From Pirellulales bacterium (GTDB lineage Bacteria > Planctomycetota > Planctomycetia > Pirellulales > PALSA-1355): a DNA stretch of 64,000 nucleotides. Made by a program: the position numbers and the translations under genes. Shown piece after piece: positions 19,398 through 29,935 of the stretch. The stretch lies in NCBI GenBank assembly GCA_963733035.1, contig CAVTBU010000001.1, positions 17,124 to 81,123 on the forward strand, written 5' to 3'. The notes below the pieces were generated by a model. It saw only the letters and a list, made by a program, of their open reading frames with translations, made no database searches and was not told the DNA's origin. Position 1 is the first letter of the stretch. Each line of letters starts with the position of its first letter.

Positions 19398-21830
19398 CTA
19401 GTGATTGAATAGGAATTCCTTGCTACTGAGGATGCTCCAGTAGAGATCCTCAACGAGAAGTCGGCGCTCAACGTCGGGCTCGCTGAGTGCCGCTGCGAGC
19501 CGCGCCTGCTCGGACTCAGTCGGGTATCGCGACAACGCCGCCAGGTAGGCTTCCTCGATGATCTCCTCGTTTGAGCGTCCGGCGGCCAATTGCTTTTCCA
19601 GCCGATTACCTTTGTCTTCCAGTTTCTGGTTGACCGTGTCACCGTTCGAGATGTGCAGAACTTGCACCATGCTGGGCTGGGCCGTGCGTTCGCATTCGCA
19701 GGTAATCTCGCGCAGCGGCCGTCCAAACGACTTCAGGAAGTAGGAATTGACGTTGACGTCGGGCAGTTGAATGGCCCGCGTTCCACCCGCATAACCTGGA
19801 AACTTCGTCTCCGCACCGCTCACCTGCGAGAGGGCGTCGAGCAGCACTTCGGCCATGAGTCGGCGGGGATAGTAGCGCGAGTAAAATCGCTCGTCCTGCA
19901 TGTTTCCCGGCAGCGGCTGGCTACTGCGGGCGTAGGTGGCGCTAGTCAAGATCGCCCGCATCAGGGCTTTCACGTCATAACCGCCTTCGACCAGATAATC
20001 GGACGCGGCGGAAAAGAGTTCCGCGTTGCTGGGCGGGTTAGTCAGCCGCAAGTCGTCAACGTTCTCGACCAGCCCGACGCCAAAGAAGTTTGCCCACACG
20101 CGATTGGTGATCGCCCGGCTGAAGTACGGGTTGTCTGGCGAGGTGAGCCAATCGGCCAGATGTTCACGGCGATCGGCTTCGGCATCGAACGGCACGGCCT
20201 CGCCGTCGAGCGGCCTTGGCGGTTGCGGTTTGCCAGTCCGCGGCTGGATCCACTCGCCGCTCGTCACCGGATAAACGACCCGATTGCCCGCGCCGCTGGC
20301 TTCCTTCGAACGAACGCGGGCGAACAGGTTCGCCATTCCGTAGTACTGGTCGTTAGTCCATTTTTCGAGCGGGTGGTTGTGGCACTTGGCGCAATTGATC
20401 GACATGCCCAGAAAGGCAACTGAAACGGTCTCCGCCAGATCGGGCGGATCCTGATGCAACACAAAAAAATTCGCGGCGCCGTTTTCCAGCGTGCTGCCGG
20501 TGGCCGTCACCAATTCTCGGGCAAACCGATCCCAGGGCGTATTTGCGGCGACGTTGTTGCGAATCCAGTGATAGTAGGCCCACATTGCCGCCGGTTGCAG
20601 CTTCTCGCTATTGACCAGCAGCAGGTCGCTCCACTTGTAGGCCCAGTAGTCAACGAACTCCGGCCGCGCGAACAACTCATCGATCAGTCTGTCACGTTTG
20701 TCGGATGAGTCGTCGGCCAAGAACTTCCGCGTCTCGTCCACCGTCGGCAACACGCCGATTGTATCAACGTAGGCTCGCCGCAAAAACTCGCCATCGCTGG
20801 CCGGTGGAGAAGGGGGGAGGTTCAGGTTCTTTAGCTTCTGGAGCACCAGTTCGTCGATGAAATTGCGCCGCGGAGCCTTGGCGAATAAATCCGGGTCGAC
20901 GTCCTGCTGATACGGCACGCTGACCGTGCCGACCACATTCCAACTCAGATACCAGGCCCTAATTGCCGCTTCGCCTTGCCCGATGACCTGCACCCGTCCG
21001 GCATCGTCGACCGTGGCGACCGACTCATTGGTGGAGGTAAATTTGGCCCACCGTGTCACGTCTTCGGTATGTCCGTCACTGAATTCGGCGCGCACGATCA
21101 GCGGCTGATTGGTTCCCGACGACAGGACCGAGGCCTCGGGCAGCAGTTCCAGGCGCGTCAGGCGAGGATCATCGTCGCGCGGCTCCGGCGCGCCGGCGGC
21201 CAGCCACTCCACAATGACCCGGTATTCGGGCGAGTCGACTTCGAACCGCACGCCGCCTTTGTGCGGGACCGCGCCGGTCGGCTTTTCGAGAACCAGGCTG
21301 CGGCCGGGGTCGCTCAGCACGACACGGCGCGCGCGGGCCTGGCGGGTAATGTAAAAGTAGTCGGCCACCGGATCGAACGCCCCGAGCGTGAGTTTGAATC
21401 CCTTTTTTCCGGCCAGCGCCCCATGGCACGCGCCTCCGTTGCAGCCGGATTTCGAGAGCACCGATTCGACATGGTTGCGGAAGTTCCAGACGAAGGGTTC
21501 GGACATGCCGGCGACAGTGGCTTCGAGCGACGCGCTTCGCTCGCCCACCGTGGCCGTGATCGTGGCCGCGCCGTCGGCTACCGGCAGCGCCACGCCGTCT
21601 TCAATGCGCACCACGGCCGGGTCACTGGAGATGAACGTCACATCGTTCGTTACAGGTCCCGTGGCATTCCTTCCGTCAAAGCTCTCGAGCACCAGCGATT
21701 GCCGCGCTGCCGAACCGGTGAGGGTGAAATCGCCTGGCAGCAATTGCAATTCCTCTGCCACGGCGCCGGTCATGGTGAAAACGATTGCCCATCCGGTGAA
21801 TAGAACCGGCGGTAAGCATGATCGTCGCAT
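19398..21830 (-). CDS. DUF1549/DUF1553 (PSCyt2/PSD1) protein with Ig-like domains
   Basis: Motifs GCNGGACHG, FLRRAYVDTIG, CAKCHNHP, NRVWANFFGVGLV, CECER and terminal EFLFNH. Confidence 0.93.
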   Translation of the reverse strand: MRRSCLPPVLFTGWAIVFTMTGAVAEELQLLPGDFTLTGSAARQSLVLESFDGRNATGPVTNDVTFISSDPAVVRIEDGVALPVADGAATITATVGERSASLEATVAGMSEPFVWNFRNHVESVLSKSGCNGGACHGALAGKKGFKLTLGAFDPVADYFYITRQARARRVVLSDPGRSLVLEKPTGAVPHKGGVRFEVDSPEYRVIVEWLAAGAPEPRDDDPRLTRLELLPEASVLSSGTNQPLIVRAEFSDGHTEDVTRWAKFTSTNESVATVDDAGRVQVIGQGEAAIRAWYLSWNVVGTVSVPYQQDVDPDLFAKAPRRNFIDELVLQKLKNLNLPPSPPASDGEFLRRAYVDTIGVLPTVDETRKFLADDSSDKRDRLIDELFARPEFVDYWAYKWSDLLLVNSEKLQPAAMWAYYHWIRNNVAANTPWDRFARELVTATGSTLENGAANFFVLHQDPPDLAETVSVAFLGMSINCAKCHNHPLEKWTNDQYYGMANLFARVRSKEASGAGNRVVYPVTSGEWIQPRTGKPQPPRPLDGEAVPFDAEADRREHLADWLTSPDNPYFSRAITNRVWANFFGVGLVENVDDLRLTNPPSNAELFSAASDYLVEGGYDVKALMRAILTSATYARSSQPLPGNMQDERFYSRYYPRRLMAEVLLDALSQVSGAETKFPGYAGGTRAIQLPDVNVNSYFLKSFGRPLREITCECERTAQPSMVQVLHISNGDTVNQKLEDKGNRLEKQLAAGRSNEEIIEEAYLAALSRYPTESEQARLAAALSEPDVERRLLVEDLYWSILSSKEFLFNH

Positions 21831-21974
21831 GGTTCGCCCTTTGTTCGTCTGCGCCGCGAGCTTCGTGATGAAAGCTCCGCCTTACTAGTCCGTCGCCGGC
21901 GAGGAAACGTCGCTTCCGGCCGTCGCGCTGGCGCGTGTGGCTGGTGGGGACACCTTGCGGTGCCGTTTGCCAGG

Positions 21975-23351
21975 TTAAAACAACTCGTGTATTTCGTGCT
22001 TGCCAAAGTTGACCAGCGGAAACGGTCGCCCCTGAGGACCGGGGAGCTTGGTTTCCAGGTCGAGCCCCAAGCTGCGATAAATCGTGGCCACGACTTCCGG
22101 CGGCTCGACCGGACGCTCGGCCGGCACACCGCCAATGGCGTCGCTCCGACCCACCACGCGGCCGCCCTGCACGCCGCCACCGGCGAAGTAAACCGTCCAG
22201 CACTGCGGCCAATGATCGCGACCGCCCGCCGGGTTCACGCGCGGCGTGCGGCCGAACTCCGCCAGATTGCAGACCAACGTGTTGTCGAGCATGCCCCGCT
22301 GCGTGAGATCCTCCAGCAGCGCCGTGTAAGCCTGATCGTACATCGGTGCCACGATGTTCTTCATCCCGTCGATTGACGTGAAGGGGCTCGAACCGTGAAT
22401 GTCCCAGGTGATTTCGTTGAACACCGTGAGGAACGTGTTCACGGTGACGAACCGCACGCCGGCCTCGATCAAACGCCGAGAAAGCAGGCAGCACTGACCA
22501 AAGCGATTCATACCGTACCGCTCGCGCACATCCTTCGGCTCCTGAGAAAGATCGAACGCGGCGCGCGCCTGGGGGCTGGTCATCATGCGAAACGCGGCTT
22601 CGAAGTTGCTATCCAGCAGCTTTGCGTTGTCGCTGGCTTCGAAGCTGGCCACCGTTTCGTCGACGATCGACCGCAGCTTGCGACGCCTCGCCAGCCGCGC
22701 CTCGCCAATTTGTTGGGGCGGCAAGAGGTCAGGCACCTTGAAGTTGGGCTTCGAAGGGTCGGTCATCAGGGCAAATGGATCGTACGCTTTGCCCAGGAAG
22801 CCGGCATCCTGGCCGTGCGGCAAATTGCCGCCGGTCGGACCCATCGGCTCGGGCAGAATCACGTGGGCCGGCAAGTCGCTCTTGCGGCCACGCAAGTAAG
22901 CCAGGGCGCAGCCGGCATGCGGCGAATTGATGCCGCCGGTGAATAACCGGCCGGTTTGCAGCATCTGGTGCCCCGTGTCGTGCACGGCGGCCGCCGTGTG
23001 GTAGCAACTGCGAACCAGCGAGAACTTGTCGGCGTGCTTGGCGTGCAGCGGCAGAATCTCGGAAATCTCCATTCCCGGCGCCGCGGTCTTGATCGGCTTA
23101 AACGGACCGCGAATCTCCGCCGGCGCGTCGGGCTTCATGTCGAACAAATCGAGCTGGCTGGGAGCCCCCAAATTGAAAATCATGATCACGCTGCGTTCGT
23201 CGTGATCCTTGGCCACGGCCCCCTGGGCTTTGGCGGCCATCAGTTCCGGCAGCGAGAGGCCAACGGCGCCCAGGGTGCCAACCTGCAGAAAGTCGCGCCG
23301 CGAGATACCGTCACAGGTGTGGGCTTGTCCTTTTCCGGTCACGTTGAGCAT
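21975..23351 (-). CDS. DUF1501-family protein with Tat-like signal
   Basis: Motifs SRRDFLQVG, GAPSQLDLFDMKP, FGQCCLLSRRLIEAGVRFV, WDIH and EFGRTP..GRDHWP. Confidence 0.95.
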   Translation of the reverse strand: MLNVTGKGQAHTCDGISRRDFLQVGTLGAVGLSLPELMAAKAQGAVAKDHDERSVIMIFNLGAPSQLDLFDMKPDAPAEIRGPFKPIKTAAPGMEISEILPLHAKHADKFSLVRSCYHTAAAVHDTGHQMLQTGRLFTGGINSPHAGCALAYLRGRKSDLPAHVILPEPMGPTGGNLPHGQDAGFLGKAYDPFALMTDPSKPNFKVPDLLPPQQIGEARLARRRKLRSIVDETVASFEASDNAKLLDSNFEAAFRMMTSPQARAAFDLSQEPKDVRERYGMNRFGQCCLLSRRLIEAGVRFVTVNTFLTVFNEITWDIHGSSPFTSIDGMKNIVAPMYDQAYTALLEDLTQRGMLDNTLVCNLAEFGRTPRVNPAGGRDHWPQCWTVYFAGGGVQGGRVVGRSDAIGGVPAERPVEPPEVVATIYRSLGLDLETKLPGPQGRPFPLVNFGKHEIHELF

Positions 23352-23514
23352 GGGAATGACACTCGGCGGGGTGGCGGGGAGGGCCCTCTCTGCGCGCGAG
23401 CGCAGTGCCAATCAGACTAACACAGCTAGCACGCAAGATCAAGAAGCCGCGATAGTTAGGTGCGCACGGGGAAATGCCGTTGCCACCTGGTCTTACTCTG
23501 CGAGAGTCGCTCGA

Positions 23515-25311
23515 TCAGCGTGCGGAGCCAGCCGCTTGGCGGCTGCGGGCAACGGCGGTCTTTCGCGGTCGCCCCAAGAGCATGACCTGCTCGTCCTGAC
23601 CCGGCAGCTGGCGAGTTTCCAGCACGCCGACGTCTGAGGGCAGCGTGCCGGCGAGCTTCGTGTATTGCCGGTCATTCGTAATTACGAAAGCGGCTTTGGG
23701 ATGAGACTCAAAAAACACCCGCACATCGTCAGGCGATTCGATCTTTTCGACCACGCTCGACGTGTAGAAAACGTAACTCGGGCGAAAGTGATGAAACGAA
23801 CGAACGACCGGCTCCGATTCCCCGCTCTCCGCGGCGATCCGCGTAGCGAAGGCGGGACTCTCCTGATAGCGGTCAACATAAACCGCGAAGAAGCCAAACA
23901 CTATCATCCACATTCCGGCGCCGGCGGCGGCCAAGGTCCACGCCGAGCGACTCGGTTGCGAGCGTTCGCTATAGACCCAGCCGAGGATGGCGGCGACCAG
24001 CGGAATCAGGCCCAGCGTGCCCAGGAACCATTCGTCTTGCAGCACCAGGTGGGCCGCAATCGGCAGGCCGATAAGCAATCCAATGCCCGTCAATGCCACG
24101 CACCCCCAGGCCAATCGAGTAAAGAGGCGTGGCACTGCGGCGGGCTCGCGAATCCAACTGGCCACAAAACACCCTGTGACCAATGCCAGAGCCGGGTAAG
24201 CCGGAATGATGTAGCTCGGCAGCTTGGTGCCCGCCAGCGAAAAGAAGCCAACCCAGACCACGATCCACGAACAGACCAGCACGTAGCCCGGTCGCCAGGG
24301 ATGGTTCGCACGAAGTAGCCTTCGCATATGCAACAGCGTGGGACTGGTAAACACCGACCACGGAAAAAAGCCGATCGCAATCGCCAGCAAATAGTAAAAG
24401 ATCGGGCCGCTATGATCGTCCATCGCGTGAGCAAAGCGGCCAAAGTTGTGCACTCCGAAGAAGCCAATCAGCCACTCGCCATGCGTGGCCATGCCAACCA
24501 GCACGTACCACGGCGCGGCTACCAGCAGCACCACCGCCACGGCCGTGAGTGGCCGCATGCTCCAGATCGTGCGGGCGACATACAGCGGTGCCAGGATGCG
24601 TGCCAACCACTGTGCCTGGTTCGCTGCAACGCCTTTCCAACCAGTCGCATCAACCGGTGGCAACCGCTCGGCACGCATGACGAGCAAGAACAGTCCAATC
24701 GACGCCGTGGGTAGCACAACGCCAACAGGCCCCTTGGTGAGCACGGCGGCGCCCATCGCGGCGTAAACCGTGCACCAACCCCACCAACTCGGCTCGAAGC
24801 GGGTTTGGCCGGCCCAAGGTACGTTCCTTTCGTTTTCCTCTCCGGAAAGCGGGCGAGCCTTGGCTGTCGCGGCCACGAATAGCAGCATGGCCAGCGTGCA
24901 AAAAAACGTCAGAAAAGAGTCGGGCGTGGCGGCCCGCGCGATGACGTTGAAATTCAAACTCGTGGCCAGGATCAAGCCAGACCAAAAGGCGACGCTGGGC
25001 GAAAACACAAGACGCGCCAACCGGTACGTAAGCAGCACGCTACCCACGCCGAACACGGCCGACCAAAAGCGTGCCGCGAACTCCGTCGTGCCGAACGCCT
25101 CGTAGGCGGTCATCATCAGCCAATACATCACCGGCGGCTTGTCTGGAAACACCGCGCCGTTGAAGTAGGGCGTGACCGCGTCGCCGCGCTCGTACATCTC
25201 CTTGGCGGCCTGCGAGAAGATCGCCTCGTCGACGTCCCACAAATGGGTCGCACCCAAATTCACAAAGAACAAAATGCCAGCAATCGCCGCTAGCAACAGT
25301 TGAGGTCGCAC
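23515..25311 (-). CDS. ArnT/PMT-like (GT83/GT39) membrane glycosyltransferase
   Basis: Motifs LWDVDE, FPDKPPVMYWL, LTKGPVG and TKLPSYIIP; many TM segments. Confidence 0.9.
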   Translation of the reverse strand: MRPQLLLAAIAGILFFVNLGATHLWDVDEAIFSQAAKEMYERGDAVTPYFNGAVFPDKPPVMYWLMMTAYEAFGTTEFAARFWSAVFGVGSVLLTYRLARLVFSPSVAFWSGLILATSLNFNVIARAATPDSFLTFFCTLAMLLFVAATAKARPLSGEENERNVPWAGQTRFEPSWWGWCTVYAAMGAAVLTKGPVGVVLPTASIGLFLLVMRAERLPPVDATGWKGVAANQAQWLARILAPLYVARTIWSMRPLTAVAVVLLVAAPWYVLVGMATHGEWLIGFFGVHNFGRFAHAMDDHSGPIFYYLLAIAIGFFPWSVFTSPTLLHMRRLLRANHPWRPGYVLVCSWIVVWVGFFSLAGTKLPSYIIPAYPALALVTGCFVASWIREPAAVPRLFTRLAWGCVALTGIGLLIGLPIAAHLVLQDEWFLGTLGLIPLVAAILGWVYSERSQPSRSAWTLAAAGAGMWMIVFGFFAVYVDRYQESPAFATRIAAESGESEPVVRSFHHFRPSYVFYTSSVVEKIESPDDVRVFFESHPKAAFVITNDRQYTKLAGTLPSDVGVLETRQLPGQDEQVMLLGRPRKTAVARSRQAAGSAR

Positions 25312-25474
25312 GAAATGGCATCCTTGCCAGGAGATTCGGTCATGCCGGACATTCCCGCAGCCGCGGCATGCCCAACGTCCGTCGCGGAGTCTATGAAGGA
25401 GACCGGCAGAACGACAACATCAGTTTCCGTCGAGCCGGCGAATCTCGACGTCGCAGGTGGGCTCGAAACGCGCG

Positions 25475-28400
25475 TTAGAAAGCCCTCATCCACGAAAACA
25501 ACCAGTTCGACACTTCGTCAAATCGTGTCAGGATCAAAACGACGAGCGGCGAAGCATACGCGGCAAAGCTAAGCGCCAAGTCTCTATCCATCGTCAGGTA
25601 AAAGGGGGCCGTTTGCGAGATGTAACTAAACGTCTCGTCGCGATTGATCTGGACAATCAATTTGAGCGACAACAAAACGGACGCAATGATCAGCCCATCG
25701 ACAACGACCGTCAAGAAGTATTGCGGCTCGAAGCGGTACAAGGTGACAGCCAACAGCATCATGATGGGTGCCACGGTAACCATGAACATCTGATGACGCA
25801 GATAGACCAAGAACTGACTGAGATAGAGCATCGTGCAAATGGCCACGAATTCCTCGAGTTGCTCGAGTTGCTTGTCGAGCGAATTTTGCGCAGGCGCGGG
25901 GGGCCCGGCATCAACAGCGGGATACGCCGCCCGAAGGGAACTGCGCGCCCATTTCCCTCGACTGAGCTTAACTATGCTCCATAGTGCAAATGCCCGCAAC
26001 AGCCTTGGAGTGACGAGCCGCGCCGGCGGCGTGGTGGCGCCGTCCGCTCGCTGAAGATCGCCCTTGAATGCGAAACGAAGCCACGGTACACCCGACAGCG
26101 CATCCCATTGCTGCACGGCAAATTCGAATTCTTCCAAACCCGGGCGGCGCGCGGTAAAGAAACGCCCGTATCGCTGACTGGCTTTTTCCGGCAGTCGGCG
26201 AAATGCGTTTTGCAGGGGGTAGTAGCCGATCGCTTCAGTCAACCGGAACAGGGCGCTCGCTACCAGTTGAATGTGGAATAGCCCCGCCACGGCAGCCGCG
26301 GCCAAGAAACTAAACAGGGCATGAAAGATCAGCGAAAAGAGCACGCCTTCGTAGGTCATTCGCAGGCGCAAAGCACACAGCAGCAACAGCAAGGCGGTGA
26401 CCGCCAACCAGGGCAGAAAGTACCGTCGTCCGTGCTTGCCCCAAGGCCACAGGATGGCTGCGAATAGCGTTTGATCCGCCCGGTACGGTTCCGAGTTCTT
26501 GGGAAAAGGACTTGGAATTCGGTATTGCGCGAGTTGCTGAGTAACCAATAGCTGGCTGCGACCCCAACCAAAAACAATGGCCCCCAGCAGCGTGACACTC
26601 AACAGTGGCGACAGTCCACTCTCAAAGTGGATCGCCCGAGCGAATCGAAACGCCTGTTCGTTTGTCCGCACGGGCATGGTCAGAGCATAGACGCCCAGGA
26701 TGCCAATTCCACCGACGGCGCAGCCGAGCAAGAGGAATGCCTTGCCCTTGGGCGCCACTCTTCCCTGGAGCATCTTTCCCAGTTGAACGGCCATGGCAAT
26801 CGAGAACAAGGCCACTGTGACAAATAGCTCGGCCATCAAACAAGGGAGCACGAAACGCGGCCGGAGATCGACGGGGCTTTTCAGCGGGATGGTCCAGACA
26901 AGTAGGAAGTAAAGCGATACGCCCAATATTCCCGCGATGCACAACCCCCCCCACACCGCACGCCGAATGACAAGTTCGCGGGACGCCAAGACGGGACGGG
27001 GCGTCGCAACGCGGTCCCAAAAGTACTTCGGAAGGCCCCACAAGGCCGTGATACAAACCATGCCCACGATCAGAGAAAACAGCGACTCCACCGTCGAGTA
27101 GTCCAGCGTCAGGGGTTCGCCCCTCAATGGCGGTTTCTCAGGCACAAACAGGTAGGAAGCGCCCTCACAGCTTTCTGAACAATACTTGAGAGGCCAAAAA
27201 CCGCTTTCACCGACGACGCTCAGCCAGATCCCCGGGTGGTTTCCGTCTTTGACTTCTGCGCCACAATCGAAGTACGGCGGCGCATACTCGATCATCTCTG
27301 TTGGCTTGTTCAACAGTGCCAGTACGGCGTTGTAGGTGCCGTAACCTTCCTGGGAACCAAACGTCACGTGACGAACCGCGGGTAGTTGATCCAAATTCTT
27401 CGGAGCTTCCCAGACTTTCGATCCTTGGTACAGCGGATAGGTGTGAGCGCAGATCGTGCCAGCCAGGTAACGCCGGTGCTCGCGGTTCGTCAGCAAGAGT
27501 TCCGTATCGGTGGTAAACAGCGTCGTCAAAGGGCAATACTTCTTCACCAGGTAGGCTAGAAATATCTTGTCGCGTACGTCCGTGGCCACCAATCCGACCG
27601 CATCAAACTGGCCCTCGGAGAGCAGCTCGACGAGTTGCGTCATGAGCTGATCGGAGGCGACGGCCGTCATGCCGCCGTCCATCGTGGGCACGACGTCCCG
27701 GGTTCCATGACTCGTATCGAACGGAATGGGCACCTGCGATGCAAAGGGATCGTACTTGGAGACGAGCTGGCCGCGCCTCGATCGCTCCGCCTCGTACACC
27801 GGGCGCAGCGCGGCAATGTGCATTGGGAACCGAAACGTGACGACACTGTCATCGCTTTCGCTGTCATTCGCGGTCGCCCTGCCATAGGCCGTATTGGATT
27901 CGCTTAACACCGCGATTCGATGCCGCCCCATCTCCTTTCGCAGGAACTCTCGCAGCCTTTTCAGCACTGCCGTGTCCGGATGCACCGTGGCTGAGAAGGA
28001 GATGCCTTGGTCTTCGTCGGCAAAATCCGAGACACTTGTCGCCGACGGAGAAATGAAGCGGAACTTGTCGCCGTGATGACTGCGTCGCCATGCCGCGATG
28101 GCGATGCGTAGCGAGTCGACCGTACCGGAGCAGGTCGGCCCCAGGACGCTGTACTGTCTTGGTTTCCTGGTTTTGTCGAGATGGCCGATAATTTCCAAAC
28201 AACTGCGAAATGCCGTTTTGTGAATTCCCGCCGAGGCGGTCTCGCCAACCAAAAACACGACGAGCAGCTCGATTTGGTTGTTGCCGGGCGATTTCTCTTT
28301 GGAGTCTCCCTCATCGTGTGACTTCTGCTTCTCGGCGGGCGACATCGGACGGAACAAGAGTATTCCCGGAATCGACTCGAACTCTCGCGCCGAGCTTCCG

Positions 28401-28889
28401 GCTGTCGTCGTCTTGGACAATTGCTGCTTCATCGCGGCGGCGCTCGTCCCGCCGCCAGTGTTCGGCCACGGAAGCCACCACCGATCAAAGGTGTAATCGG
28501 CCGCCTCTGCCGCAGCGCAAATGGCATCAAGTTGCGTATCGAACGTATACGCCAATCGAGAATCGACGGGGTCCATGACCGTCGCAATCAGACATGTGTA
28601 TTTAGCATTGCGGGGAATGCTCGCTTGATTTGGAAGAACCCCAGAACTCATCGATAAGTTTGTCGAACTGAGCCTGCGCGCTTGAGATGTTCCGTGCCGG
28701 TCCGCTCGCGGAGTTGGATGCCGCACTTGCCAGAGGCGTGCTGGCATCGCCCCCTTGCTGGCCCGTGTTGCCGGTCGGGAAGACGGGTCCGCCGATCACG
28801 TAGGCGACGATTGCCGCCAATAGCATCAAGAGCAGCCCCGATGGCTGGCGCGAAGCATCCTTCGTGCTGGCTGTCATCCCCCCGGACAT
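25475..28889 (-). CDS. Large hypothetical membrane protein: N-terminal anchor, periplasmic-binding-protein-like domain, ~10 TM helices; frameshift near 28610-28645
   Basis: ORF 28602-29009 (Met 28889; hydrophobic LLLMLLAAIVAYVIGG) joins ORF 25475-28747 near ...KYTCLIATVMDP. Motifs VLGPTCSG, FISPSATS and IAVLSESNTAYG; hydrophobic C-terminal half. Confidence 0.75.
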
Positions 28890-29067
28890 ACGATGCCCCC
28901 CAACGGAAATAACCGATCCCCCTGAAAGTATAGCCAGCGAGTTGAGCTTCACAAGAGGCCGGACCTCGACGACGAATCCGCCCAAGTCGGTCTTATTCCA
29001 CGCGAGCAAGTTTGCTATTTTTCCGCCGCGTTCATTTCCCCGCCGGACTCGGTCGAGGCATTGGTGG

Positions 29068-29835
29068 ATGACTCCTGATCCTTACAGCGATTGCGAAATC
29101 CCCCTGCCACGCCTGCGAACCATCTCGCACCTGTGGAGCTGCGCAGCCGTGCTGGCCGCCATGGGCGTGGCCATGCTGGCGATCGATGTGCCGCTGGCCG
29201 CTTGGTTCCGCGCGGGGTACACGCCAAGCATGCTCGAAAAGGTGTGTGGGCTGGCGGAGATATTTGGTCACGGCCTTGGGGTTGTGGCGATCGTGGCCGT
29301 CATCTTCGTGCTCGATCCCTGGCACCGCTATGGCATTCCTCGAATCTTGGCGGCATCGCTAGGGGCGGGTTTGGCGGCCAATATGCTAAAGCTGCTGGTG
29401 GCCCGCGTGCGCCCAAATCACGTCGATTTCACCTTGATCGACCACGGCATCGATACGTTCGGACGTTGGTTTCCGCTGGCCCGGAATCCGAGTTGGGAGC
29501 AAGGGTTTCCTTCGTCGCATATGGCAACCGCGGCCGGACTAGCCATTGTGCTCTCAGCTTTCTACCCGCGGGGCCGCTGGCTGTTCCCGACGTGCGCGGC
29601 ACTGGCCGGCATGCAGCGTTTGTTGCACGGCTCGCATTTCGCCAGCGACGTTTTCTGGGGAGCGGCCATGGGGTGCATTTTTGCGCCGCTGTGTGTTTAC
29701 GGCAGCCGGTTATCACAAACCTTCGATCACTTGGAAGACGCTCTGCTGGCGCGGCGCGAACGCGTGGCGCGAGCGCGACGCATCCGGCCGCGGGGTTCCG
29801 CCCCGGCGCCGGTCGCCGCCAAGCCGATGGTTTGA
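29068..29835 (+). CDS. PAP2-family phosphatase
   Basis: K..VARVRP (C1), FPSSH (C2) and R....HFASDV (C3) motifs; TM segments. Confidence 0.9.
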   Translation: MTPDPYSDCEIPLPRLRTISHLWSCAAVLAAMGVAMLAIDVPLAAWFRAGYTPSMLEKVCGLAEIFGHGLGVVAIVAVIFVLDPWHRYGIPRILAASLGAGLAANMLKLLVARVRPNHVDFTLIDHGIDTFGRWFPLARNPSWEQGFPSSHMATAAGLAIVLSAFYPRGRWLFPTCAALAGMQRLLHGSHFASDVFWGAAMGCIFAPLCVYGSRLSQTFDHLEDALLARRERVARARRIRPRGSAPAPVAAKPMV

Positions 29836-29935
29836 TCTCAGAGCGATACGCCGGCGCCAATTTCGCGCTTTCTTGATGGGCATCCGGTATACTGACCGTC
29901 GGGCTGATGGTATCGCATGTCAAGGAGGCATCCGC

